NCBI GenBank assembly: GCA_963828745.1
Contig: CAWHFZ010000010.1
Coordinates: forward strand, 157,221-221,220
Source: Vicinamibacteria bacterium
GTDB taxonomy: Bacteria; Acidobacteriota; Vicinamibacteria; Vicinamibacterales; JAENWD01
Length of the DNA: 64,000 nucleotides
Direction: 5' to 3'
Position numbers and translations under genes: made by a program. How positions within the stretch are numbered: position 1 is the first letter of the stretch; every line of letters begins with the position of its first letter. Under the pieces are notes generated by a model, which saw only the letters and a program-made list of their open reading frames with translations, did no database searches and was not told the DNA's origin. This document shows, piece by piece, positions 41,143-51,215 of the stretch.

Positions 41143-42122
41143 TTCGCCATTGGGCTGCGGCGTTTGCCCTTGCTGCCTGCGCCTCGACCGCGGCCGCTGA
41201 GAATCGATTCGCACTCGTCGTCACCGGTGCGCCCGGCGGCGATCAATATGCCGCGGCGTTCAAGACCTGGGAGCAGCAGGCCGGTACCGCGCTCAAGCAG
41301 CTGGGTTTTCCCGACGATCACGTCACCTTGCTCTCGGGCATCAACGGCGCTCCTGAGAGGACCAGCACGCGAGATCACGTCACCGAAGCCATTCAGCGCC
41401 TGAAGACGCAGGCCGGGCGAGGCGACGTCGTGCTCGTGCTGCTGCTCGGACATGGGACGGTGGACGCGACCAGTGCCAAATTCAATCTCGTCGGCCCCGA
41501 TCTGTCGTCTGGAGAATGGGCGGAGCTCCTGCGCGACATGCCAGGACGATTGGTGATCGTCAACACTACCGGCGCCAGCTTTCCGTTCCTCGGCGAACTA
41601 TCCGCGCGCGGTCGCATCGTGATGACCGCGACCAATTCCACGGCGCAACGCTACGACACGATTTTTCCAGACCGATTTCTCGCGGCCTTGACCGATCCGG
41701 CCGCCGATCTCGACAAGAACGGGCGCGTCTCCGTCTGGGAGCTCTTCGCATATACCAGCCGCACCGTGGCGCGTCACTACGAGCAACAGGGCCTGCTCGC
41801 GACCGAGCATCCACTGCTCGACGATACCGGCGACGGCAACGGCAGCGAAGCGCCGGGATCGAACCCCGCTCCGGAACCCGACGCGCCACGGATCGAAGAC
41901 GGCGCCCTCGCTCGCGCCACTTATCTGGAGCGCGATCCGATCGAGGCAACGGCCGACGCGGAGCTTGCCGCGCTGCTGACGCAACGCCGCACGCTCGAGG
42001 AGCGCGCCGAAGTCCTGAAGCAGCGCAAGCCGTCGATGGCGCCGGAAGTGTGGGAGCGTGAGTTCGAAGCGTTGATGATCGACCTGGCTCGTGTGTCGCG
42101 CCGAATCAGGGCCGGCTCGTAG
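41139..42122 (+). CDS. secreted caspase/legumain-fold (peptidase C13-like) protein; function uncertain
   Basis: ATGA overlap with the upstream stop. Signal peptide (AAAFALAACASTAAA). RFALVVTG.., VVLVLLLGHG (His-Gly). A Cys is expected about 45 aa later, but VIVNTTGASFPF is found instead. Also TEHPLLDDTGDG and a C-terminal coiled coil. Confidence 0.55.
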   Translation: MIRHWAAAFALAACASTAAAENRFALVVTGAPGGDQYAAAFKTWEQQAGTALKQLGFPDDHVTLLSGINGAPERTSTRDHVTEAIQRLKTQAGRGDVVLVLLLGHGTVDATSAKFNLVGPDLSSGEWAELLRDMPGRLVIVNTTGASFPFLGELSARGRIVMTATNSTAQRYDTIFPDRFLAALTDPAADLDKNGRVSVWELFAYTSRTVARHYEQQGLLATEHPLLDDTGDGNGSEAPGSNPAPEPDAPRIEDGALARATYLERDPIEATADAELAALLTQRRTLEERAEVLKQRKPSMAPEVWEREFEALMIDLARVSRRIRAGS

Positions 42123-42137
42123 CCAAGCGAATCGCTT

Positions 42138-42815
42138 TCAAGCCGGTCGTCCGGCGTCCCACCACTCGAGCTGCGAGCGCTCAGGCCGGGCAAACACCTT
42201 GACGAGCAGCGCACCCGCCGCAAACCCCGCAACGTGCGCCCAGAACGCGACACCGCCGACCTGACCGGACGCTGCCAGCCCCGACGTGACACCGCTCAAG
42301 AGCTGAGTCAGGAACCAGAAGCCGAGAAAGAACACGGCTGGCACTTCGAACAGGAAGAAGATCGGTACCCACATCAACACGCGCGAATGCGGATAGAGCA
42401 CGAAGTACGCACCCATCACCCCGGCAATCGCGCCGCTGGCGCCCACCGTCGGGATCTGCGACGAGGGATCGCTGAAGAAGTGTGCGAGCGTGGCGATGAG
42501 GCCGCACAGCAGGTAGAAGAAGACATAGCGGCCGTGGCCGAGCCGATCCTCGATGTTGTCGCCGAAGATCCAGAGCGACAGCATGTTCCCGAAGAGATGC
42601 ATCCAGCTCCCATGCAGGAACATCGAGCTCAAGATCGTCGGGATCGTGAATGCCGAGGGGATGAAGCCATAAACTTCGATGAACGCGTCGAGCGCTGCCG
42701 GCGAATGTGCGACAAGCGAGAACTCGTGAAGAAAAACCAGTCCGTTGATTGCAATCAGGCCAATCGTCGCGATCGGCACGGTCTGCGATGGGATCACATC
42801 GCGGACGGGTATCAT
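42138..42815 (-). CDS. rhomboid-family intramembrane serine protease
   Basis: 225 aa. [25 protein letters not shown] and [13 protein letters not shown] (catalytic Ser); six TM-like segments. Confidence 0.88.
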   Translation of the reverse strand: MIPVRDVIPSQTVPIATIGLIAINGLVFLHEFSLVAHSPAALDAFIEVYGFIPSAFTIPTILSSMFLHGSWMHLFGNMLSLWIFGDNIEDRLGHGRYVFFYLLCGLIATLAHFFSDPSSQIPTVGASGAIAGVMGAYFVLYPHSRVLMWVPIFFLFEVPAVFFLGFWFLTQLLSGVTSGLAASGQVGGVAFWAHVAGFAAGALLVKVFARPERSQLEWWDAGRPA

Positions 42816-42838
42816 GCCGGCAGTATAATCCCCGCGCC

Positions 42839-43129
42839 ATGATCTGCCGGAATTGCGGCACCGAGATCGCCGACAAGGCGCTCATCTGCTATCGCTGCGG
42901 CACCGCGACGACCGAGCCGCGCATTCAACCACCGGCATCGTATCGGCGCACGGGCCAGCCGCGTCGATCGCGCGGGCCGGTGCTGCTGGCGCTGATCGTG
43001 CTCGTCGTCGCCGCGCTCGTGATGGGACGGGTTGCCACGGGCGAGCTCCCGTCGGAAGTGGGCTACGCGCTTGCCGCCGTCGGGACGCTGGCCATCGTCT
43101 GGCAGCTCTGGTCGCGGCGCCGGTTGTAA
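42839..43129 (+). CDS. zinc-ribbon domain membrane protein
   Basis: [21 protein letters not shown] (CxxC..CxxC) followed by two TM segments. ATG at 42839 within ORF 42749-43129. Confidence 0.6.
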   Translation: MICRNCGTEIADKALICYRCGTATTEPRIQPPASYRRTGQPRRSRGPVLLALIVLVVAALVMGRVATGELPSEVGYALAAVGTLAIVWQLWSRRRL

Positions 43130-43220
43130 CGAACGGGTCGGTTGCGGCTGCGGAAGGCAATCAGCTATCATCCAAGGTCGGCCGCACGCAAAAACACTTG
43201 TCCGGCCCGCCCCCAACCCT

Positions 43221-44843
43221 ATGTCCGATGGTCGCCTCGAGGTAACTGACGCCCTCGGCCGGCGCGTCATTCACATCGACAAGCCCGTGTTCTCGATCGG
43301 GCGCCGCAGCGGGAACGATCTCCAGCTCGTTGGCAGCGATGTGTCGCGCGACCATGCCGAAATCGCGCTCGACAACGGCCGGTTCCTGCTCCGCGATCGC
43401 GGGTCCCGCTACGGCACGTACGTGAACGGCGAGAGCGTTTCGGAGCACGAGCTGAAGCATGGCGATCTCGTCCGCCTCGGCCGGAGCGGTGGCGCCGAAC
43501 TCGTGTTCCTTCTCGACGACGCCACGCAGTCGCCGGCATCGTCCGACAAGCACACGACGTCCGCGGTCGGCGATTTGCGGCAGGTGGCGGCACTGCTCGA
43601 AGGATTGCGGGCGCTTGGCTCCGGCCGTGTGCTCGACGAAGTGCTGGCGCTGGTCATGGACTCCGCGCTCGAGGTGACCGGCGCTGAGCGCGGCTTCATC
43701 ATGCTGGCGAGCGCCGACAACGAGAACGAGCTCGAGTTCAAGATCGCCCGCGGCCGCGGACGCGTCACGCTCTCGGGCAAGGGCTTCGAGACCAGCCGGA
43801 AGATTCCGGAAGAGGTCTTCAAGACCGGCCAGGAAAAGATCGTCGCCGACTTGCTCGACGGCGATCTCGCCAATGTGCACATGGGGACCGTGGCGCTCGG
43901 CATCCGCCACGTGCTGTGCACCCCGCTCAAACTGGTCCGGTATCTCGACAAGGCCGACATGCCGAACGTCGAGAAGCGCATCGGCGTGCTGTATCTGGAC
44001 AGCCGCGAGCGCGGCGCGCTGCTCTCGCGGGCGGCGCGCGCCGCACTCGAGACGCTGGCGACGGAAGCTGCCGTCGCGATCGAGAACGCGCGCCTCTACC
44101 GAGAGACGCTGGAAAAGGCGCGCATGGAGCAGGAGCTGCGGATTGCCGCCGAGATCCAGCAGGCGCTCCTGCCCGAGCCGCGACGCAAGGGCGAGTTCTT
44201 CGAGGCAGTCGGCCAGTCGGTGCCGTGCCGATCGATTGGCGGGGACTTCTTCGACTACGTCGATCTGCCGAACGGCGCCTTCGGCTTCGCCGTTGGCGAC
44301 GTCGCCGGCAAGGGCGCTCCGGCGGCGCTCCTCACCGCCGTCCTCCAGGGCGTGTTCGCCTCGCAGGCGTCATCCGGCAGCTCGCCGTCGGAAACGCTGT
44401 CGCGGGTCAACATCGCGCTGATCCGGCGCGCCATCGAGTCGCGCTTCGCCACGGCGCTCTACGCCATAATCGGCCCGAAGGGCGAGCTGACCTACTGCAA
44501 CGCCGGACACAATCCGCCGATGGTGTTCGGGAAGGATGGCGTTCAGCGCCTCGAGAAGGGCGGACTGATCCTGGGTCTCTTCGAGCACGCCACGTTCGAG
44601 GAGGGCACCGCCACCCTCGACCCCGGTGACCTGCTCGTCGCCTTCAGCGATGGCGTCACCGAAGCGCTCAGCACCGAGGGCGAGGAATACGGCGAGCAGC
44701 GTTTGCTCGACTGCGTCCAGGCCAACCGCGACAAATCGGTGGCTGAACTCCTCGACAGCATCTTCGCCAGCGTTCGCGAGTTCACGGCCGGCGCCGTGCA
44801 GAGCGACGACGTGACGGCGCTGGTGCTGCGCTATGACGGATGA
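43221..44843 (+). CDS. FHA - GAF - PP2C (SpoIIE-type) serine/threonine phosphatase
   Basis: ATG at 43221. FHA: FSIGRRSGNDLQLVGSDVSRDHAEI..GSRYGTYVNG. Central GAF-like region. PP2C: IGGDFFDY..GDVAGKGAPAAL..AFSDGVTEA..SDDVTALVLRY. Confidence 0.85.
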   Translation: MSDGRLEVTDALGRRVIHIDKPVFSIGRRSGNDLQLVGSDVSRDHAEIALDNGRFLLRDRGSRYGTYVNGESVSEHELKHGDLVRLGRSGGAELVFLLDDATQSPASSDKHTTSAVGDLRQVAALLEGLRALGSGRVLDEVLALVMDSALEVTGAERGFIMLASADNENELEFKIARGRGRVTLSGKGFETSRKIPEEVFKTGQEKIVADLLDGDLANVHMGTVALGIRHVLCTPLKLVRYLDKADMPNVEKRIGVLYLDSRERGALLSRAARAALETLATEAAVAIENARLYRETLEKARMEQELRIAAEIQQALLPEPRRKGEFFEAVGQSVPCRSIGGDFFDYVDLPNGAFGFAVGDVAGKGAPAALLTAVLQGVFASQASSGSSPSETLSRVNIALIRRAIESRFATALYAIIGPKGELTYCNAGHNPPMVFGKDGVQRLEKGGLILGLFEHATFEEGTATLDPGDLLVAFSDGVTEALSTEGEEYGEQRLLDCVQANRDKSVAELLDSIFASVREFTAGAVQSDDVTALVLRYDG

Positions 44844-45126
44844 CGGCACGGCGCGGCGACGAGCCCTCGTCGCCGCCGTGTTGTGGCTGGTCCTCGCCTT
44901 CTGTATCTGGAACGTCCGATTCGACTGGGGCGTGCGTGTCTGCGCGTCTCAATACCTGAACGATCGATTCGCTTATCTGCATGGCCGCGGCCCGAGAGTC
45001 GAGCTCGCCGACGCCATGGACCGTGGAGTCGCGGAGGCACGGCATACGGCGACGCTTCTCGCATTGCCCGCCGTTGGCATTGCCGCCGGACTGGTGACCT
45101 ACGCCGCGCGCCGGCGTCAGCCGTAA
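44833..45126 (+). CDS. small hypothetical membrane protein
   Basis: 97 aa with two predicted TM segments. Overlaps the phosphatase stop by 11 nt (translational coupling). No recognisable motif. Confidence 0.45.
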   Translation: MTDDGTARRRALVAAVLWLVLAFCIWNVRFDWGVRVCASQYLNDRFAYLHGRGPRVELADAMDRGVAEARHTATLLALPAVGIAAGLVTYAARRRQP

Positions 45127-45134
45127 CCCGGAGA

Positions 45135-45261
45135 GGTCACGGACGGACACGAGTCACAGACGGACACGGATTCAGACGGACAACGCGTCTTAATGAGGAA
45201 TGCGCGCCTAATCGGGGCGTTATGGCGAATCGATCCGTGACCGTCCGTGCAGTCTGTGACC
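45135..45261. repeat. GTCACGGAC-rich imperfect inverted array
   Basis: Left: ggtcacggacggacacgagtcacagacggacacggattcagacggac. Right: gatccgtgaccgtccgtgcagtctgtgacc, which abuts the M28 stop codon. Confidence 0.7.
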
Positions 45262-46176
45262 TATTTCGGCTTGTTCAGTCTTGCCACGATCTTGGGGAGC
45301 GATTCGACGATCACGTCGCCGACAATCTGCAGACTCCTGGCGCTGACGGCGTTCAGATTGTCGTCGGCCGTGTGCCACTGGGCGTAGTCGAGATCGATCA
45401 CGTCGACGGCGGGGATGCCGGCATCGAGAAACGCCGCATGGTCGTCCTCGACCGGCGTCGCTTCGTCGAGGAAGATGGCTGCGTGTCCGAGGCGGCGGGC
45501 GGTGTCCCAGATGATCGACGTCATCCACGGCGTCGATCGGGACTCCTTGCGGATGTTCAGGGCGCGGTCACCGACCATGTCGAGGAGGATCATCCCCTTG
45601 ACGCCGGCGAGCGAACCGTCCTTCTTCGCCGTCGCCACGTAGTGACGGCTGCCGTAGGTGTGATCGGTGCCACCCCAGTCGGGCAGCAGCGCCTCCTCGC
45701 CGTCGAAGAACACCAGCTCGATGGTCAGCGGATTCTCGCGATCCTTCAGCACGCGCGCGAGTTCGAGCAGCATGGCGGCGCTCGACCCGCCGTCGCTGGC
45801 GCCGACGAACCGGAACTCGCGAAACAGCTTGGTGTCGTAGTGTCCGGCGATGACCAGGCGCTCGGGCCGCTTGCCCGGCAAGCGGACGATGACGTTGGCC
45901 ATCTTCATGGTGCCGAGCGGCGTCTGCGCGTCGAATGCCTGCTCGGCGGGCGAGAGGCCGAGTGTCTTCAGCTGCCCCGTGATGTAGGTGCGGGCCTGCT
46001 GGATTCCGGCCGATCCTGGCGGCCGTGGACCGATCGCAACGAGTGCGCGGAGATGGTCGAATGCCCGCGCCGAATCGAAGCCCGGCGAACCGGCGCCGCT
46101 CACCGGCCTGCGGGGTGCAGGCGAGTAACAGCAGGAGAACCGTGAAGGCGACGGGACGGCGGGCCACGAGCTTCAC
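45261..46176 (-). pseudogene. M28-family peptidase (glutaminyl-cyclase-like) lipoprotein, 1 frameshift (~46100)
   Basis: Lipoprotein signal [21 protein letters not shown] in one frame. The mature part [52 protein letters not shown] is in ORF 45261-46103. Confidence 0.75.
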
Positions 46177-46190
46177 GTCCCCGCGTACGA

Positions 46191-47480
46191 TCAGCCGCGC
46201 CGATCGACCTGGCACGTAATCGCGGACGTCGGGGCCGTCGTAGACCTGTCGCGGGCGTGTGATCTTCGTCTCCGGATCCATCAGCATCTCCTCCCACTGC
46301 GCAAGCCAGCCTGAGGTTCGCGGGATGGCGAACAGCACCGTGAACATGTCCACCGGGATGCCCATCGCCTCGTAGATCAGCCCGGAGTAGAAATCGACGT
46401 TCGGGTAGAGCTTTCGCTTGACGAAATAGTCGTCCTGCAGCGCGATGCGCTCGAGCTCCTGTGCGATTTCGAGTAGCGGATTCTTCCCGGTGACCTCGAA
46501 TACCTCGTCGGCCACCTGCTTGACGATGCGGGCTCGCGGGTCGTACGACTTGTAGACGCGGTGCCCGAATCCCATCAGCCGTCCTTCGCCGCCCTTCACC
46601 GACTTGATGAACGCCGGCACGTTGGCTGAGCGATCCGATCGAGTGGAGCATCCGCAGGACCGCTTCGTTCGCGCCGCCGTGAAGTGGTCCATAGAGGCGC
46701 GGCCGCCGCCGCGGCGACCGACGAGAACGGATCCGCGAAGGAACTGCCGACGCTCCGCATCGCGAACGTGGAGCAGTTCTGCTCGTGATCGGCGTGCAGG
46801 ATGAAGAGGACGTCGAGTGCGTGCTCGAGCACCTTGTCGGGCGTGAACGGCTTGCCTGGTGTGGCCTTGAGCATGTGCAGGAAGTTGCCGGCGAAGCTCA
46901 GGCCCTCGGCTGGCGGGACGATCGGTTCGCCCTTTCGTCGACGCGCCGCGTACGCGGCGAGCGCCGGCGTCTGCGAGACGATGCGGGCGATCTGACGCGC
47001 ACGCACCGTCTTGTCGTGCACGTTCTGGGCTTCCGGATAGAACGTCCCCAGCGCGCCGAAGGACGAAATCAATGCGCCCATCGGATGCGGATCCTCGGCC
47101 ATCGCATCGAACAGCCCGGCGATCCGCGCCGGGGGCATCCGGTTGTCGTGGACCGTTTGGGTCCACGTGCCGAGCTGCGCGGCAGTTGGGAGGTCGCCTT
47201 GCAGCAGCAGATACGCCGTTTCCAGGTACGAGCTCTTCTCCGCCAGCTGTTCGATGGGGTAGCCGCGATACCGCAGGATGCCCTTGTCGCCATCGATGTA
47301 GGTAATGCGGCTGCGGCAGGCGGCGGTGTTGACGAGGGCCGGATCGTAGGAGACCAGACCGAAATCCTCGGGACCGGTCCTGACCTTGCGCAGGTCGGCG
47401 GCGCGAACCGTGCCGTCGTTGATCGGGACCTCGGAGGTGCGGCCGGTGCGGTTGTCGGTCAGCGTCAGCGAGTCAGGCAT
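46191..47480 (-). pseudogene. gltA: citrate synthase, 3 frameshifts (~46695, ~46625, ~46205)
   Basis: [35 protein letters not shown], then (YG)[14 protein letters not shown], then [29 protein letters not shown] one-base correction near 46205 gives ..DYVPVDRRG and a stop at 46191. Confidence 0.85.
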
Positions 47481-47504
47481 CGGATGGAAGGCGCGCGGCG
47501 CGAA

Positions 47505-47696
47505 TCAGGGCTCGGGTGGTGGTTCGTCTCGGTCGTCGGAGTCGGAGGCAACCGGCTCGCCCGGGATGCGGTAGTCGCCATCCACCCACCGCGCCAGATC
47601 CAGCAATTTGCACCGTTCGCTGCAGAACGGGCGCCACGCGGGGTCGACGGGCTGCTTGCGGCAGTGTGCACACACCGCTCCGGCGACGGGCGGCAT
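47505..47696 (-). CDS. yacG: DNA gyrase inhibitor YacG (zinc finger)
   Basis: 63 aa. [34 protein letters not shown]. Confidence 0.85.
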   Translation of the reverse strand: MPPVAGAVCAHCRKQPVDPAWRPFCSERCKLLDLARWVDGDYRIPGEPVASDSDDRDEPPPEP

Positions 47697-47745
47697 CTCA
47701 ACATTCTATGAGCGGCCGTGGCGGCCGGGCAAGCGCGGCCTCAGA

Positions 47746-47807
47746 GAAGGACGAAAGACGAAGGACGAAGGACGAGGAGTGAGCGGCGAGGGGTGAGCGG
47801 CGAGGGG
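47746..47807 (+). repeat. tandem arrays: (GAAGGAC)n then 2x GTGAGCGGCGAGGG
   Basis: gaaggacgaaagacgaaggacgaaggacgagga gtgagcggcgaggg gtgagcggcgagggg. Confidence 0.8.
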
Positions 47808-47819
47808 ACGGTCCTTGAC

Positions 47820-48506
47820 TCAGTTCGTTTGAAGGTCCGCTTCCGGCGCGTGGTGCCGCACGTCGCGGGCGGAAACCAAAAAGATCACGTCCTCAGCGAC
47901 GTTGGTCGCATGATCGCCGATCCGCTCCAGGTGCCGTGACACGAGGATCAGGTCGAGCGACGGCTCGATGGTCCCCGGGTCCTGCAGCATGAACGTCAGC
48001 AGTTCGCGGAAGATCTGGGTCTTCAGGGCATCGAGCTTGTCGTCCTCGTTGAGCACGTGCTGCGCGAGGACGATGTCCTGGTTGACGTAGGAGTCGAGCG
48101 CGTCCCGCAGCATCGCCTGCGCGATGTCGGCCATTCGCGGGATGTCGATCAGCTTCTTGACGGGTGGATGGGTCGCGTATCGCTTCGAGGCCTCGGCGAT
48201 GTTCACGGCGAGATCGCCGACGCGCTCGAGATCGGTGTTGATCTTGACCGCAACCATCACGGCGCGCAGATCCGCGGCGACCGGCTGGTGCAGGGCCAGG
48301 AGCTTCAGGCACCGATCGTCGATCTCCATGTGCAGAGCGTTGACGGGCTCGTCGCCGTGCAGTACGTGCTCGATCTGGGCGAAGTCGCGTTCGGCCAGCC
48401 CCTGGACGGCGCTGCGCACGCGTGCTTCGGCGAGCCCGCCCATTTCGAGCAGGCGCGTCTTGAGGATGTCGAGCTCCTCCTGAAAGTGTCGAACGAGGCG
48501 TTCCAT
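47820..48506 (-). CDS. phoU: phosphate signaling complex protein PhoU
   Basis: 228 aa with two PhoU repeats (..DLERVGDLAVNIAE.. and ..HLERIGDHATNVAEDV). Confidence 0.9.
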   Translation of the reverse strand: MERLVRHFQEELDILKTRLLEMGGLAEARVRSAVQGLAERDFAQIEHVLHGDEPVNALHMEIDDRCLKLLALHQPVAADLRAVMVAVKINTDLERVGDLAVNIAEASKRYATHPPVKKLIDIPRMADIAQAMLRDALDSYVNQDIVLAQHVLNEDDKLDALKTQIFRELLTFMLQDPGTIEPSLDLILVSRHLERIGDHATNVAEDVIFLVSARDVRHHAPEADLQTN

Positions 48507-48520
48507 GACGTCTCCGTGCT

Positions 48521-49348
48521 CTACCCGAAGCGACCCGTGACGTAGTCTTCGGTCAGCTTCTCGGCCGGCGCCGTGAAGATCTTCTCGGTGCGGTCGAATT
48601 CCACCAGCTTGCCGAGCCAGAAGAAGGCGGTGTAATCCGAGACGCGTGCCGCCTGCTGCATGTTATGCGTGACGATGACGATGGTGTAGTCCTTCTTGAG
48701 GTCGTAGATCAGCTCTTCGATGTGCTGCGTGGCGATCGGGTCCAGCGCCGACGCCGGTTCGTCCATCAGCAGCACTTTCGGCCGCACCGCGAGCGCGCGG
48801 GCGATGCACAGCCGCTGCTGCTGGCCGCCCGAAAGCGCGAGGGCCGAGTCGTGCAATCGATCCTTCACTTCCTCCCAGATCGCTGCGGCCCGCAGACTGG
48901 ATTCGACGCGTTCGTGCAGGTCGGCCCTGGTTTTCGCGAGCCCGTTGATCCGGAGGCCGTAGGCGACGTTCTCGAAAATCGACTTCGGAAAGGGGTTCGA
49001 CTTCTGAAAGACCATGCCAACACGGCGGCGGAGACCGACCACGTCGATGCGCGGGTCGTAGACGTCGACCCCATCGATCATCACCTTGCCCTCGACGCGT
49101 GTCCCCGGGATGATGTCGTTCATCCGGTTCAGCGTGCGGAGAAAGGTGCTCTTGCCGCAGCCAGACGGGCCGATGAGAGCGGAGACCAGGTTGGCGCGCA
49201 GCTGGATTGAGATCTCGTGGAGGGCGCGCTTGCTGCCGTAGAAGAAGTTCAGGCGCTGGGCGTCGATCTTGACCGGCTGGTCGCCAACCGTCGGGCTTTG
49301 CGGTCGCGTGATGTCTGCAAGCGACGGAATCGTCGGCGTCGCGCTCAT
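48521..49348 (-). CDS. pstB: phosphate ABC transporter ATP-binding protein PstB
   Basis: 275 aa. [45 protein letters not shown] and the PstB-type C-terminus [10 protein letters not shown]. Confidence 0.9.
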   Translation of the reverse strand: MSATPTIPSLADITRPQSPTVGDQPVKIDAQRLNFFYGSKRALHEISIQLRANLVSALIGPSGCGKSTFLRTLNRMNDIIPGTRVEGKVMIDGVDVYDPRIDVVGLRRRVGMVFQKSNPFPKSIFENVAYGLRINGLAKTRADLHERVESSLRAAAIWEEVKDRLHDSALALSGGQQQRLCIARALAVRPKVLLMDEPASALDPIATQHIEELIYDLKKDYTIVIVTHNMQQAARVSDYTAFFWLGKLVEFDRTEKIFTAPAEKLTEDYVTGRFG

Positions 49349-49531
49349 GAAATCCTCCCGCCTCGCGTGCGGATGCGCAGCCAGACGGCGGCAGTCACGT
49401 CGGAGCGCGTCTTGTCATCGTAAGCCGCCAGCGATTTCGCGTCCGTTTCCAGGATGTAAATTTGGTGTAAACCGGGAATCGTCACCCTTCAACCCAGCTC
49501 CCGAATTTGACACGCCCGAGTACATCGCGCT

Positions 49532-49598
49532 GGTCCGCGACGGCGATTGTCGATGTTGTCCGGGACCGCGAGGGTCGTGTTGTCCGTGACGACGTCCG
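49532..49598. repeat. GTCCGTGAC-type motif cluster between the ppx stop and the pstB start
   Basis: ggtccgcgacggcgattgtcgatgttgtccgggaccgcgagggtcgtgttgtccgtgacgacgtccgc. Confidence 0.55.
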
Positions 49599-49599
49599 C

Positions 49600-51165
49600 T
49601 CAGCGAGCGATGGCCGCCTTGCGTTTCGGTGGGGCAGCCGTCGCTTCGAACTGGACCGGCTTCCCGACCATATCGGCAAACGCGCCCGCATGGCGGTCAG
49701 CGGCCCACAATTCGAGCTCCGTGTCGCCGTTGGTGCGCAGCTGCACGAGATAGTCGTCGCCGCGATCGACGAGCCGGAGCGACCCGAGCACCTGCTGATG
49801 ACTGCGATCGAGTCCTTCCGCGAGGCGAAGACAGGCGGAGAGCGCCTTGACGACTTTCCGCAGCCCGGACGGGAGATCGCAGTAGCCCGGGTGGTCCTTC
49901 TTCGGCGTCGCGCGGCGATGGTAACGGGCGATCAGTCCCATGACTTCGATCTCGATAGGGTCGAATCCGCGCAGATCGCCGTTCTTGATCAAGTAGTAGG
50001 AGTGGCGGTGGTGCTTCTCGTAGCTGACGTGCACGCCGACGTCGTGGAGCAGCGCGGCGTATTCCAGCCACTCGCGCTCACGATCGGTGAGACCGTGGAT
50101 CCCGCGGGTCTGATCGAAGAGCGCCAGCGACAGACGCGCGACTTGACTGGCGTGATCGGCCCAGTAGCCGCAGCGTTCGCCGAGCTCGACGACGCTCCGG
50201 CGGCGGACGTCGGGATAGCGATCCGCGCGCGCGATTTCCTTGCGGTGCTGATGGATGTAGTCGAGGATCAGACCTTCTCGCAGCGCCAGATCGCACAGCG
50301 TGATGTCGTCGGCGCCGAGGCTTCGCAGGATCGTGTCGAGCAGCACGGCGCCGGCGACGACGAGATCGGCGCGGCGGGGTTCGAGGCCCGGAATGCGCAG
50401 GCGCTCGGCCAGCGACAGCGAGGTGACCTTCTCCCGCAGGCGGTGAAGGGCCTTGGCCGGAATCCGCAGATTGCGCAGTTCCTCGGGCGCTTCGCCTGAA
50501 ATCTCGTGGGCCGCGACCTCGCCAAGGCTCAGGATCGTGCCCGACGTCCCGATCACGCGGTCGTAGCCCGCTTCGGCGATCTGCTTCGTATACTCGCCAA
50601 TCTCGGTAGTGATGTGGCGCACGAGCTTGCGCTCGTCGCGCTCCGTCAGCGGATCGCTCTTGACGAACCGTTCGGTGAGGCGGATTACGCCGATCTTGAA
50701 GCTCTTTGCGTGCTGCGGCCGCTCGCCGCCGAGCGTGATTTCGACGCTGCCGCCGCCGATATCGATGACCGCGGCCTTGCCACGCTTGACATCGACACCA
50801 TACACCGCCGCGAGGTGAATCAGCCGCGCTTCCTCGGTGCCGGAGATGACGCGCGCACGAATTCCGGTCCGCTGCTGAATTGCCGCCAGAAACTGCACGC
50901 CGTTCTCGGCTTCGCGCGTCGCGCTGGTCGCCGCCGCCAGAATCTCGTCGACCTGGTGCGATTCGGCGAGGCGCCGGAACTTCGAGAGCGCCTGTAAGGC
51001 GGCGTCCATCGCCGTGTCGGTCAGCTTTCGCCCGTCGAGACCGCCGGCACCGAGGCGGACCATCTCCTTCTCGCGATCGATGATCTCGAACGACGAATCC
51101 GGGCGGACCCGGACGACGATCATGTGGACCGAGTTGGTGCCGATGTCGATTGCGGCGAGGCGCAT
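49600..51165 (-). CDS. ppx: Ppx/GppA-family exopolyphosphatase with C-terminal HD domain
   Basis: 521 aa. AAIDIGTNSVHMIV, DIGGGSVE and LLHDVGVHVSYEKHHRHSYYLI. Confidence 0.88.
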   Translation of the reverse strand: MRLAAIDIGTNSVHMIVVRVRPDSSFEIIDREKEMVRLGAGGLDGRKLTDTAMDAALQALSKFRRLAESHQVDEILAAATSATREAENGVQFLAAIQQRTGIRARVISGTEEARLIHLAAVYGVDVKRGKAAVIDIGGGSVEITLGGERPQHAKSFKIGVIRLTERFVKSDPLTERDERKLVRHITTEIGEYTKQIAEAGYDRVIGTSGTILSLGEVAAHEISGEAPEELRNLRIPAKALHRLREKVTSLSLAERLRIPGLEPRRADLVVAGAVLLDTILRSLGADDITLCDLALREGLILDYIHQHRKEIARADRYPDVRRRSVVELGERCGYWADHASQVARLSLALFDQTRGIHGLTDREREWLEYAALLHDVGVHVSYEKHHRHSYYLIKNGDLRGFDPIEIEVMGLIARYHRRATPKKDHPGYCDLPSGLRKVVKALSACLRLAEGLDRSHQQVLGSLRLVDRGDDYLVQLRTNGDTELELWAADRHAGAFADMVGKPVQFEATAAPPKRKAAIAR

Positions 51166-51215
51166 TGAGCGGAAATGACGTGTGCTAGGATCGGCATCCT
51201 ACCACGAAGATTCCG

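Noticed and set aside
45568-47166. 532-aa minus-strand ORF apparently fusing citrate synthase to the M28 peptidase
   Set aside because: It is a frame artefact. Citrate synthase segments occur in three frames, and a one-base correction near 46205 yields a normal C-terminus and a stop at 46191. The M28 lipoprotein signal starts at GTG 46176.
49349-49599. Pho box upstream of pstB
   Set aside because: There is no tandem CTGTCAT-like 7-mer pair with 11-nt phasing. The only repeated motif is the GTCCGTGAC family, which also occurs at unrelated loci.
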